Source of the DNA: Octopus vulgaris
Taxonomy: Eukaryota
Reading direction: 5' to 3'
DNA: 64,000 nt
Assembly (NCBI GenBank): GCA_951406725.2
Contig: OX597827.1
Location: forward strand, 1,178,001-1,242,000
Numbering within the stretch: position 1 is the first letter of the stretch; each line of letters begins with the position of its first letter. The notes beneath the pieces were generated by a model, which saw only the letters and a list, made by a program, of their open reading frames with translations, did no database searches and was not told the origin of the DNA. The position numbers were made by a program, and so were the translations under genes. Below, one piece after another: positions 1-13,303 of this stretch.

Positions 1-49
1 CAAGTTTATTTCCAAATTCCAGTTACTTTCTTCCATTTTATTGAAATAA

Positions 50-495
<446 letters not shown>

Positions 496-807
496 CTCTA
501 TATTTCTCTTTTACTTCTTATTCAAACTTCTTCCTTATTCTATATTCTTCCATTTTATCTATTTTTCACACTAAATCGTGATTCTTCTTCACTTTATATA
601 TTATTTTATTCTCTTATACTTTAATTGTCACCAATTCTCAGCAAAGATTTTTTTTTTGTTTTTACATATTATTCGTTTTGTCTTTTTGATGTCGTTTTTC
701 TTCATGTGAAGGTAAAATGGAGGAAAAAAAACATAAAAGAAATCAAAAAACATTATAGGTTTTCTGCAAATTTTTCTTGAGTCAGTCATTATTTTACTTC
801 AATTTCA

Positions 808-857
<50 letters not shown>

Positions 858-946
858 TCTCTTGTTAATGTGTTTTCTCTCTCTTCACCATTCCTTCAGT
901 CAGTCTCTCTGTCTCTTTCTCTCTCTGCTCTATTTCTAACTCTTCT

Positions 947-989
<43 letters not shown>

Positions 990-1277
990 TTGTCCCTCTT
1001 TAATCTATTTCCTCACTTCCTTCCTAGCCTACCCCCACTTGCAACTCTAATGTACATGTAGACACATGCTTACAAACACACACACTTTCTACACACATCT
1101 TTGTCTCTCTCTCTTTCTTTTTGCACACTTCTCTTTACCTTTCTCCCACCTTCTCTCTCTCTCTTTCTCTCTTACACACTTTGCTACTCTCCCTCTCTCT
1201 TAGTCTATATTTCTCCTTATCTCTCTCTCAGCCAGTTAGCTTTCTAACTGTTCTTCTCTTTCAAGTTATATGGCACA

Positions 1278-1318
<41 letters not shown>

Positions 1319-1344
1319 ACACACTCCAGCACGTATGCATTTGA

Positions 1345-1530
1345 ATGGATCCTCCATCAAGTTTTGATGATGAAAATTCCAGTTGTTTGATCAACAAGCC
1401 AGCCTACTCATTAAATTAACATGTACGTCAGTGAGCATCCCACATAAAAGACACTGGTACTCAGCGTAATTCTTAAGAAGAACCAGCTTGACACTGTCAG
1501 TGACAAGACTGGACGCTTTAATTACAGGTA
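1345..1530 (+). mobile_element. Degenerate SINE body fragment; reverse-oriented relative at ~56915-57070
   Basis: gtgagcatcccacataaaagacac...ttcttaagaagaaccagcttgacactgtcagtgacaag aligns with the reverse complement of 56941-57020. Confidence 0.55.
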
Positions 1531-1652
1531 GAGTTCGTATACATGTGTATTTGCACATGGACACACACACATAAGAACAACCTACACGTTGCCATATCTG
1601 ACAGCATAAAAGACACACAGGTTTTTAATGTATTAAAACATGTGGTATTTAA

Positions 1653-1851
1653 TCCTTTAGCATTTAAACTAGCCATCCCTGGCCCAAATATTTCACTTGT
1701 CTTATGTTGGTACCAGCTGGATACAGCCTCTCATACCTACAATGTTGTTTTAAAAATTGAAACCTCAAAGCTATGAAATAATGCATGAATAATTTAAAAC
1801 AAATTGAATAAATAAGCATTACATTAGATAGATAATCTGAATGCCAAAGAG
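1653..1851. mobile_element. piggyBac-type MITE, degenerate
   Basis: TTAA at 1649-1652 and 1852-1855; ends tcctttagcatt ... aatgccaaagag are imperfect terminal inverted repeats (TIRs). Confidence 0.7.
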
Positions 1852-1987
1852 TTAAAGCAACCTAGTACTACATTACAAAAGTACCTCATTTTTTATAGCT
1901 GTATGTAATGTGCTTCGAGAACCCTTATTCCAAATGTGAATTATTTCAAGTTCTCTAGAAAGTTTATGAAATTCTTATAAGCCAACA

Positions 1988-2061
<74 letters not shown>

Positions 2062-2092
2062 CATTATTAGTATTATTATTATCATCATTATA

Positions 2093-2163
<71 letters not shown>

Positions 2164-2172
2164 TAATATTAA

Positions 2173-2239
<67 letters not shown>

Positions 2240-2240
2240 A
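1988..2240. repeat. (TTA)n tract; similar tracts at 13158-13740, 22240-22352, 62186-62330
   Basis: Direct inspection. Confidence 0.97.
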
Positions 2241-2244
2241 TGAA

Positions 2245-2465
2245 GAAGGTGGTGAGTTAGTAGAGTTGTTAGCATGCCTGGTGAAATGTTTAGCAGTTCT
2301 TTGTCTGTCTTCACGTTCTGAGTTCAAATTCCGCTGAGCTCGACTTTGCCTTTCATTCTTTTGGGGTCGATAAAATAAGTACCAGCTGAGTACTGGGATC
2401 GATGTAATTGACTCCCCCCCCCCTCTCCAAAATTTCAGACCTTGTGCCAATAGTAGATAGGATTA
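2245..2465 (+). mobile_element. SINE family S2 (tRNA-like head, Meta/MESC-like core, ATT tail)
   Basis: B-box-like gagttcaaattcc followed by cgactttgcctttcattctttttggggtcgataaaataagtaccag; more than 12 copies in the window. Confidence 0.85.
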
Positions 2466-2717
2466 TCATCATTAATATTATTACTATTCGATGTAATTGA
2501 CTATCTCCCCCCACCACCACCACCGAAATTTCAGGCCTTGTGCTAGAGTAGCATTAAAAAGACAATGAAATAGTTTACATCCAACAAGCCAATAAAACAC
2601 TACATTCATTAGCATAAAATCAAGCCAGCCACCAGCCACATCGAACAATATTGTGAAGGATATCAGGATTGATTGATCCCTTGTTTTGTATAATAAGCAC
2701 TATTTCAGTAATGTTAC

Positions 2718-3095
2718 ATCATCATCATCATCATCGTTTAATGTCTGTTTTCCATGCTAGCATGAGTTGGATGGTTCGACCGGAGTCTGAGAAGCCAGGA
2801 GGCTGCACCAGGCTCCAGTCTGATCTGGCAGTGTTTCTACAGCTGGATACCCTTCCTAACTCCCTGAGTGTAGTGGTTGTTTTTTACATGCCACCGGCAC
2901 AGGGGCCAGAGGAGGCTGGCAAATGGCTATGATTGGTTGGTGCTTTAACGTGTTACTGACACAGATGCCAGTCAGGTGGCGCTGGCATCTGCTATGTTCG
3001 GACGGTGCTTTTTACGTGTCACCAGCACAGGTATCTTAACTACAATTCTCATTTGATTTTTATTTTGATGTTGGTGTTAACGTACTTGACTCAAT
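2718..3095 (-). mobile_element. SINE/LINE-tail family S4 ending in (GAT)n, RTE-like 3' tail
   Basis: catcatcgtttaatgtctgttttccatgctagcatg... is shared with copies at 7770, 17012, 19470, 35095 and 47060. Confidence 0.75.
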
Positions 3096-3228
3096 AGGTT
3101 ACAGATTACCAAAATAATACCTCAATGGTGGTTTGCAGGAGAATATTTATTTTATAAGAAGAGACTACAAAAACCCTAACAGGCATTATTATATTAAAAA
3201 AACTCAAGGCGTTATCGTATAAGTTTAT

Positions 3229-3580
3229 TTTAATTTAAATGTACAGACCAGTATAAGCAAAAGTCTTTTGGAACTGATAAGCCCTCACACGTGCCTACAG
3301 TTAAATCTTCAACCAAGACTAATATAGTCAACTATGCCACTATTGAGAATTCCATTATATCTTCAAAGAAACTTAACAGCATAAACTTTACAACTTCAAT
3401 TTCCGAACCAAATAGGAATTGCAATTATTTCAATGTCATATCATGTTCTTAGAATAATGGATCAATTCTATATCAACTTCAGGATATCACAGGCAATGTG
3501 TGATCTGCAAAAAATTATATTGGTTTGTTGATGAACCTGTTCAAGAGGAGATCCAATCAACATTGATAGACTTTTAACAG
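3229..3580 (+). pseudogene. Fossil Penelope-like element: RT-endonuclease linker and GIY-YIG fragment
   Basis: Manual translation gives FNLNVQTSISKSLLELISPH (cf. NVKTNIGxxFLxLIDKHF) and KNYIGLLMNLFKRRSNQH (YIG at 3516-3524; cf. YIGxTxxxFKxRYxNH), with stops and frameshifts. Confidence 0.7.
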
Positions 3581-3651
3581 TCTAGTCTCTAAACCAGACA
3601 CAAATTTTCAACATATATGAACATATTTAGAATTTGATATTCTTTATTCAT

Positions 3652-4046
3652 TTTTTATTCTTTTACTTGTTTCAGTCATTTGACTGCAGCCATGCTGGAG
3701 CACTGCCTTTATTCGAACAAATCGACCCCAGGACTTATTCTTTGTAAGCTTAGTACTTAATCTATCGGTCTCTTTTGCTGAATCACTTACAGGGATGTAA
3801 ATACATGAGCTTCCGTTGACAAGTGATGGTGGGGTGACTAACACAGACACACAAACATACATATACATAAATATATATATATATATATATATATGACAGG
3901 CTTTTTTCAGTTTCTGTCAACCAAATCCGCTCACAAGGCTTTGGTCGGCCCGAGGCTATAGTAGAAGACGTCCAAGGTGCAACACAGTGGGACTGAACCC
4001 AAAACCATGTGGTTGGTAAGCAAGCTACTTACCACACAGCCACTTC
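3652..4046 (-). mobile_element. SINE family S1 (tRNA head, CORE-like accttgggcaagtgtcttc, internal TA/CA microsatellite)
   Basis: Near full-length reverse complement of 8475-8837. Confidence 0.88.
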
Positions 4047-4819
4047 TACATCTAGAAATTTATACAATGATAAGAAATCTGAGTTATCAAAAGTTTTCTG
4101 TAAAAGGAAGGATGTTTGTCAGCTATGCTTATCTGAAAAATACTTTATTCTGCTAAAACAACCTGAATCAAAATGTGGAATAAATTATGTTCTATCTCTA
4201 CTGAGTAATTGTTTATTCAAAACATTTGTAACCAAATATATATAGTACACTTGTTTTTCTAAGAAAATATTAGCTATTTCCCTTACTTTCTGCAATGGTC
4301 ATGGAGCATAAAGATATCTTTTTTTTAATTGGAAAATTTATACATCTATAGGAGTTAATGAACATAGCTGAGTCATTTTGGATAGGATCATATTTTACTT
4401 CAATTTTTAAATATGTTTAATGACATGCAAAAAATCATATGATACATAATTACTGCAATCAGCTAAACAGATTGCTGAGCTGTTTTCAAATACTACTACT
4501 ACTACTACTACTACTGTAATTATTATTATTTTGTGTGATTGAAACTGTCATGCTTCTTCATAAATTTTACTATTGCCTGATGTACTGAAATATGAAGCTT
4601 CAAGTAATAATTAAAAAGATTCAATTTTTAATATATATTTCCAAGCATAAATAATGTATTTATCTCTCCTACTATTATTTGTATTTATAACTTCCATCTT
4701 ATCTTGTCTTTCTCTAACACATACATGCTATCTGTTACATAGACATCTATATAATTATAGGAGTATGAGATACACACACACACACACTCATATATATATA
4801 TATTCTTCTTCTTCTTAAT

Positions 4820-5249
<430 letters not shown>

Positions 5250-5358
5250 TATATGTGGAGACCCATCTATTTACACATCCATTGATAGCCTGGTCTGAGA
5301 TTTGAACACGTGATCCTCGACTGTGAGCCCGCTGCTCCAACCACTAGGCCATGTGCCT

Positions 5359-5419
<61 letters not shown>

Positions 5420-5436
5420 GTATGTATGTATGTATG

Positions 5437-5472
<36 letters not shown>

Positions 5473-5629
5473 TATATATGTGGACATCCATCTATTTACA
5501 CATCCATTGATAGATCTAACTGAATGTCTAACTTTCAGACTATACAACTATTGCTTGTGTGTGTGTGTGTAATTCCGTCATATATCATAGTCCTCCCCCA
5601 CTCTCACTTTACCTGTACGTGTGTGTTTG

Positions 5630-5728
<99 letters not shown>

Positions 5729-6262
5729 GTATGCATACACACACAACTATACCTCTCCATCCACATATAACAACCTCTACAGCCACTTCCACCCATACCC
5801 CACCCACCCCAACTAACCCCACCCCCCACTTGTCTTAACCACTCTCATATGCTTCATTCCAACTTCTCTGCTTCGTTTCACCCCCTCCTCTTTCTCCTCT
5901 TCCTCCTCCAGCCACTCCCTGTCAATAACAATTCCAATAAGAACCTTTCTTCCTGACACAACTACAGCAGCACCACCACCACCATTAACAGCAACAGCAG
6001 CTGCAGCAGTGATAGCAGCAGTAGTGATACTTGCAGCAACAGCAGCAATCTTTCCGGAATGTTTGTCTTGGCATTTCTATTCGTCAGGCAATGGGCCCTT
6101 CTCTCACTGCTTCTCTACGTTGCAGTAACTTAACAGCAGCTTTTGTGAGTTTACACCAAGGCAGACATCCAGATGTGTCTTTTACACACACAACGAACAT
6201 ATAAGTCAATACTTGAAGGGACACAGACACACACACATGCATACATACATGCGTGTGTATAT

Positions 6263-6302
<40 letters not shown>

Positions 6303-6430
6303 GCATATATATGTACATGCATGCCTATATGCACATATATATTTATACACACACATATATACCCACCCTAATATGTACATACATATGCATATATATATAT
6401 ACACATGTGTGCACATATACATGTATGCAG

Positions 6431-6471
<41 letters not shown>

Positions 6472-7039
6472 CATATACATGTATTCAGGTATATGTATAT
6501 ATATGTAGTCAGGTATATATATGTGTGTGTATATATATATATATAAATATATATATACATGTATATACATTCACATATATATATGTATATATATATATAC
6601 ATATATATACATGCACATGTCTATATATATATATATATATATACATACATACACACGTGTGCACACACAAAAGACACATGTATGTACGTATTTATACACG
6701 CCTGTGTGTATATAGCCAATTTCCTTTGCAACTTAAAACTGCCAGAGTCATGTTCAATTGTCTTTTCTATTGACAATGAACGACGCCTTAACATGATTCC
6801 AAACCATTTCTTACTTCGACTTTTGTCTATTTCTTTGCAATTTTCTCCCCACCCCCCAACCACTCCTGCTACCACATTGCCTACATAACACACCACCATT
6901 TTATGTCTTTTTTTCTATGTAGCAATCAATCAACCAATCATTCTCTATCTCTCTCTCTTCTTGTATCTATCTATCTATCTATCTTTCTATCTATCAATCT
7001 ATCTATCTTTTATTCTCTCTGTCTCTCTCTCTCTCTCTG

Positions 7040-7082
<43 letters not shown>

Positions 7083-7387
7083 CTCACTGTGTTAATCTAT
7101 CAGTCTACCTCCCTATTCATTTCTGTACTTACCTGTCTATCTACCTCGTTAGCTCTACATTTATACACACACAAGAATTTATATCTCTCTTTCCTGTCTT
7201 TTACACATTGATTTTTCTGTCTATCTCTATATCTATCCACTTACTTTACGCGCACACGCACACACACACACACACACTCACATTCACAAACACACACACT
7301 CACATTCACAAACACATGTGTATGTATATCTTCACCTATTGACCTGTTGGTAGGTTTCAGTGTAAATTATATATGTGTTTGTATATA

Positions 7388-7755
7388 CAGGCATAGCTGA
7401 GTGGTTAAAAACCTCAATTTGAAGCCACATGGTTTCAGGTTCAGTCCCACTGCATGGTATCTTGGGTTAGTGTCTTCTAATATAGCCCCAGGCCAACCAA
7501 TGACGTGTGAGTGAATTCAGTAAGCTAAACTGTGTGGAAGCCTGTAATTTCTATATATTTGCATGTGTGTGTGTTTATGTTCCCACCTCAGCTGCATGAC
7601 AGCTGGTGTTGGTTTATTTACATTCCATAGATTAGTGGTTTACCTAAAGAGACCAAACTTAAAAAAGTAACAAACTTAAAAAATAAGTACTGGGGCGACT
7701 TGTTCAACGAAACCCATGAAGGCAGCAGTTCAAAGACTGAAACAGAAGACAAAAG
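7388..7755 (+). mobile_element. SINE S1, diverged
   Basis: Colinear with 8475-8837. Confidence 0.8.
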
Positions 7756-7767
7756 GGACATATATAC

Positions 7768-8270
7768 ATCATCATCATCATCATCATTTAACATCTGCTT
7801 TCCGTGCTGGCATGGGTTGGATGGTTTGACTGGCAGAAATGTTAGCATGCCAGGCGAAATGCATAGCCGTATTTCGTCTGCCGTTACGTTCTGAGTTCCG
7901 AGGTCGACTTTGCTTTTCATCCTTTCGGGGTCGATAAATTAAGTACCAGTTACGCACTGAGGTTGATGTAATCGACTTGATACCTTTGTCTGTCCTTGTT
8001 TGTCCCCTCTATGCTTAGCCCCTTGTGGGTAATAAAGAAATATGTTTGACTGAGGACTGGCAAGCCAGAAGACTGCCCAGGCTCCAATCTGATCTGGCAA
8101 GGTTTCTTACAGCTGGATGCCCTTCCTAATGCCAACCACTCTGAGAGTGTAGTAGGTGCTTTGTTTATACATTCCACCAGCATGGAGGCCAGTCAAGCAG
8201 CACTGGCTTCAACCACGCTTGAACGGTGCTTTTAACATGCCACCAGCACGGGAACCAGTCAGGTGGGGGA
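7768..8270 (-). mobile_element. S4 element interrupted by an S2 SINE
   Basis: S4 sequence resumes at 8044 after the insert. Confidence 0.75.
7833..8043 (+). mobile_element. SINE S2 nested in S4
   Basis: Flanked by direct repeat gtttgactg (7824-7832 and 8044-8052). Confidence 0.88.
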
Positions 8271-8354
8271 GCTTGAAGATATTATTATTATCAAATAATA
8301 ATAATATAGGTGGCAAGTTAGCAAAAGCAAAAACCAAAAGGCAAATGTACAAAC

Positions 8355-8461
8355 AAGGATACTAGATAGCATCAGTTTTGCTAGAAATAGGAGTCAAAAG
8401 TGTCTCATTTAGTTACTTTTGACTTCTATTTCTAGTGAAACTGGTGCTATCTAGTAGCCTT
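8355..8461. repeat. Long inverted repeat / hairpin (~43-bp stem, ~11-nt loop)
   Basis: 8360-8402 pairs with 8414-8456. Confidence 0.92.
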
Positions 8462-8474
8462 ATATATATATATA

Positions 8475-8837
8475 GGTGCAGGAGTGGCTGTGTGGTAAGT
8501 AGTTTGCTTACCAACTGCATGCTTCCAGGTTCAGTCCCATTGCGTGGCACCTTGGGCAAGTGTCTTCTACTATAGCTTCAGGCCGACCAAAGCCTTGTGA
8601 GCGGATTTGGTAGACGGAAACTGTATGTGTGTGTATATGTTTGTGTGTCTGTATTTGTCCCCAACATCACTTGTCAACCGATGGTGGCATGTTTACATCC
8701 CCGTAACTTAGCGGTTCGGCAAAAGAGACCGATAGAATAAGTACTAGGCTTTCAAAGAATAAGTCCTGGGATCGATTTGCTCAACTAAAGGCGGTGCGCC
8801 AGCATGGCCACAGTCAAATGACTGAAACAAGTAAAGA
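8475..8837 (+). mobile_element. SINE S1, near full length
   Basis: ggtgcaggagtggctgtgtggtaag ... ggttcagtccc ... accttgggcaagtgtc ... actgaaacaagtaaag. Confidence 0.9.
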
Positions 8838-8854
8838 TTATATATATATATAAT

Positions 8855-9060
8855 CTGACAGCGTGTGTACCGTTGGCGATTTTTTTCCTCCATCTTCTCT
8901 TCTTTGGATCTTTCCTTTTCCTATGTTTCTGACGAAGAGCTCCACTCAAAACGTTAAACCCTCCTTCTTTCCTTCCTTCCCGAGCGTCCAATAATACTAT
9001 ATTTGTTCCACATCCTCGTGTTGTTGTGTTTTCTCTGTGTTTTCCTGTTTGGATTAACTT
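8855..9060 (+). mobile_element. (TA)n-flanked short element with a minimal hammerhead motif; probable Penelope-like terminal fragment
   Basis: Homologous to the reverse complement of 48359-48556; both are flanked by TA tracts. Confidence 0.75.
8925..8959 (+). ncRNA. Minimal type I hammerhead ribozyme motif, G12 read as A
   Basis: gttt CTGACGA agagc-tcc-actc AAAA cg TT aaac; stem I gttt/aaac, palindromic ACGT stem III. Confidence 0.65.
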
Positions 9061-9343
9061 CATATATATATTTATGGGTTCTTTATGGTCACTCAAATAT
9101 ACAATCTGTATTAACAAACATATTCTAGTTATATTTTTGTATGCATTTAAGTAGCTTTTTTATAAAGGGGTTCATCATATGCTCATCTTTATACACATAT
9201 ATACACAATATTATCTAAATTATCTAAATCCACATGTGTCTGGTAATGGTTTTTTTTTTATCATTCAAACAGGATTCTACATGTTAATGATATTTTCCAT
9301 ATCTATAAATCCTGCCCCAAATGAAATTGCACTTCATTTTTGA

Positions 9344-9423
9344 AGCTCTGACGAAGTTATAAAGTGATACACAAGCTCTTAACTAGGAATGCATTGCACT
9401 ATATGCAGAAACAGCAGTAAGCT
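9344..9423 (+). ncRNA. Type I hammerhead ribozyme motif with long stem II
   Basis: agct CTGACGA(9348-9354) ... GAAA(9408-9411) cagcag TA agct. Confidence 0.7.
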
Positions 9424-9540
9424 AATGAAGTTCATTATATAATTTCTAGTTCCCTTGTCATTTATATAATCTCTTATTCTGCTCTTTATTCAGCTAACAC
9501 TATTCTACCCACCCTCTCTCTCACATACACACACACACAA

Positions 9541-10075
9541 TGCAACAATCCAGATATGTAAACGCAACATCAATATGGAATTTAGGATTTCCAAATGCTC
9601 TGTGCTCAGTATGAAAAGAAGGAAGAAAGCAGTCTGTAGTGGATTAAGGTTGCTATCAGGAGAAACCATGGGGACACCAGAAGATAGCGGATACAAGTAT
9701 TTGGGGATTTTAGAACTGGATGATATTGTACACGCAGAAATGAAAGTAGAGGTGAGAGAGACATGTTTAAAAAGTATGCAAATTATTTTAAAATCCAGCG
9801 TGAATGGGCGAAATCTAGTCATTGCAATGAATATCTGGGCTGGGTTAAATATAGTGCATCCATTCTCAAGTGGACTGAAGAAGAAATATCAAAGGTGGAC
9901 AGAAAGATGAGTAAGTTAATGACATTGTATGGAGCTTTACACCTGAAAGCAAATATAAATAGTTTGTACAGAAAGAGAAAGAATGGTGGTAGAGGTGTCA
10001 TCAGGGTGGACTGTTGAATAAAGAGTGAGAAGAGGATACTTGCAGGGTATTTGGTGAACAGAGAATGCAAAAGGG
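9541..10075 (+). pseudogene. R4/Dong-clade non-LTR retrotransposon, RT C-terminal/thumb fragment, frameshifted
   Basis: INMEFRISKC, YKYLG, NLVIAMNIWA, KYSASILKWTEEEISKVDRKMSKLMTLYGALH...LYRKRKNGGRG across ORFs 9575-9910 and 9763-10017. Confidence 0.85.
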
Positions 10076-10192
10076 TAATCATCATCATTTAACATCTGTC
10101 TTTGATGCGGGCATGGGTTGGATGGCTTGACAGGTGCCAGCCAGGTAGAAGACTATCACAGGCTACTGGGTCCGTTTTGGGCACAGTGGACT

Positions 10193-10440
10193 GTAAAAAT
10201 GGTACCAGTAGTGATCAAAGCATTAGGGTCAATTCCACTGTAACTTCAAGAGTTCTTTCTTAAAGTAGTAGAAAATACCATGCAAGATTGGTGGTATACA
10301 AAACTTAGTCCTGCTAGGTACTGTGCACATTTTAAGGAAAGTATTATCTGCTTGAGGGCCTTGTTGTGACTTGACAGGTGACTAAATACTCTGGTGCTTT
10401 TTCCATCTACACTGCAGTAGAATTTGCACTTTTTAATACA
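10193..10440 (+). pseudogene. R4/Dong ORF C-terminus and 3' UTR remnant
   Basis: VKMVPVVIKALGSIP ... IQNLVLLGTVHILRKVLSA* (TGA at 10353-10355), matching the C-termini at 15191 and 25889. Confidence 0.8.
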
Positions 10441-10583
10441 TAAAGATGGGTAAAATATTGCTAAGCATTTGGTCCAGCCTGCTAATGATTCTGCCAGCAG
10501 GTAATGTCATTGACTGGCCTCTTCTCCAAAATTTCTGGCTTTGTGCTGATAGTAAAAAGGATTATCATTATTATTATCAAGTA

Positions 10584-10790
10584 AAGCAGTGAGCTGGCAA
10601 AATTGTTAGCATGCTAAGCAAAATGCTTAGTGGCATTTTGTCTGTCTTCACATTCTGAGTTCAAATTCCACTGAGGTCAACTTTGCATTTCATCTGTTCA
10701 GGGTCGATTTAAAAAAGTACCAGTCAAGTACTGGGGTCCATATAATCGACTTTCCACCTTCCCCAAAATTTCAGGCCTTATACCTATTTC
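10584..10790 (+). mobile_element. SINE S2
   Basis: gagctggcaaaattgttagcatg ... gaggtcaactttgc. Confidence 0.85.
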
Positions 10791-11012
10791 TTTACTACTC
10801 ACAAGGGGCTAAACACAGAGAGAACAAACAAGGACAGACAAACAGATTAAGTCGATTATATCGACCCAGTGTGTAACTGGTACTTATTTAATTGACCCCG
10901 AAAGGATGAAAGGCAAAGTCGACCTCAGTGGAATTTGAACTCAGAACATAGCAGCAGATGAAATACCGCTAAGCATTTCGCCCAGCATGCTAACGTTTCT
11001 GCCAGCTTGCCA
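10786..11012 (-). mobile_element. SINE S2, tail-to-tail with the preceding copy
   Basis: Reverse complement of 43718-43946. Confidence 0.87.
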
Positions 11013-11279
11013 CCATGTACCTTTAGTAGAAAGGATTATTATTATTATTATCAAGGTACATTGACAAAATTTGTAGAATTCCAGACAAAATATCTTGCAG
11101 TATTTGGTTTGTTTTCTCTTCTTTATAAGTGTGGCTCTGTGGTCAAGAAGAATGCTTCGCAACCATGTGATCTTGGGTTCAATTTTACAGCGGGACAGCT
11201 TGGACAAGTGTCTACAATATCCTTGGGCTGATCAAAGCCTTCTGTTGATTTGGTAGGTGGAAATTGAAAGAAACGCGTC

Positions 11280-11318
<39 letters not shown>

Positions 11319-12831
11319 TGTGTCTGTGTGTCTGTGTGTGTGTGTGTGCGTGTGCGTGTGTGTGTGTGTGTCCTAGTCTTGACATCATGTAATGTTTGTA
11401 ATTGAGCATCACTGTTTTAGAAGCAATGTTGTCTGCTTCCAGTCTCCAGTGGAAACATGTCTAGCTGTCGAAAAATATTATCTTAGTTGGAAACAGATGA
11501 GAGTTGGCAACAAGAATGGCATTTGGCCACAGAAAATACACCTCAACAAATTCTGTCTGATCTATGCAAGACAAGAATGGAAAAGAGGATATTTGAGGAT
11601 GATAAAATGATGAAAATGTTCAAATCCAACCAAAGGTGATTTTGTCCTCTCTCCCATCGAGGTCAATGAAATAACTACCAAGTCAGTTAATTGTGCAGCT
11701 ATTTTAAAAATCTTCATTAGTATTGTCATTATTATATCTATTAATTAGGTTTTGATGTTATTTATTTCACTGTTGAACGAACGGAAAGAAAGTCGTGAGT
11801 GAAATTCTTTGAGGAGAATTTTGTGTTAAGTGATAGCGACATAATGAAAAGAGGAGGGGGTAGGAGAAGGGGAAAGAAAGGAAACGATGAGAAGAAAGGA
11901 GAATCCCCCCTGCTTTATTCTTTATAAAAAGTAATGAGAAAAAAGAAGACCAACAGAGCGAGAAGACTTCCTAATTATCTTTGTGCCCTCTTTATTAATA
12001 ACAGCTTTGAACAAGATTTTTTTTTTCTGTTTTGGTCCTATTGACATCAAACCACATCCCTTTATCTTCACCTTCAACAACAACAACAACAACACCAACA
12101 ATAACAACAGAACAATAACAACAACGACACCACCACCACCACCGCCGACAATATCAACAACCACAATAACAACAATGGGAATAACAGTAATGATAACAAG
12201 AATAACAGAAAACAGGGACAAAAAGAACTACGTTAACTGTAATGAAAAACAACAATAACAACAGTAACAGCAATCACAGCCATAAGAGAAGAACCACAAC
12301 AACAACAACAACAACAGCGACAATGACATTACTAACAATGACCACAGAAACAAGAACAACCATATCAACTACAACAACCACAGCAATGTAATCACAGCAA
12401 CATTAACCACCACCACCACCATCACCACAACCTTCACAACTACATCAACAACAACAACATAACAAAACATTAAAAGGACCACCACCTCCTTCTGCTTCCT
12501 CCCCTCCCCCTCACCATTCGTACACCTTTCTAAATCTGCACCAGTTCTTCATTTCCTTTAACTTAACAGAAAAGGTTGGACTCTGTTCTTTCTTCATTAT
12601 AATCCCATAAATCCAAACAAACACCCACAGTCTTTCCATTATCTCACTCGGAATTTTAACCAAACTTTTCAAGAAAATTCTTTTTTTTTTAATGTATTTT
12701 TCTGTATTTAATCATTTAATTATTTTTTTCTTTATATATTTAACAAAATTTTTGCATGTGTGCACGTGTGTGTATGAAAACTTTTTCAAATTTTGTTTTC
12801 TTCATCTTTATTATTATTATCATTATCATCA

Positions 12832-12887
<56 letters not shown>

Positions 12888-13156
12888 TAAATTTTTTTTT
12901 CAAAATTTTCTTTATTCAAGCTTGATAATGTGTCAATGTTTGCAAAAGTTGATAGAATCTGAAGGTTTTTGTGCAAGCCATCTTAACAAGCCATTATATC
13001 ACTTAGCAATTATAGCTAACCAAAAGCGAATGAAGAAAAAAGAAATTTCATTTTATTTGTTTATTTATTTATTTGAAAGAAACAAAACAAAAATGCAACG
13101 AGACATTATGAGTAATGAAATAGTGTGAGGAAGTTTCAATTAAAATTCAGTTCATC

Positions 13157-13303
<147 letters not shown>

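Noticed and set aside
6066-6090. Minus-strand CTGACGA-ata-GAAA
   Set aside because: No stem II or stem I pairing.
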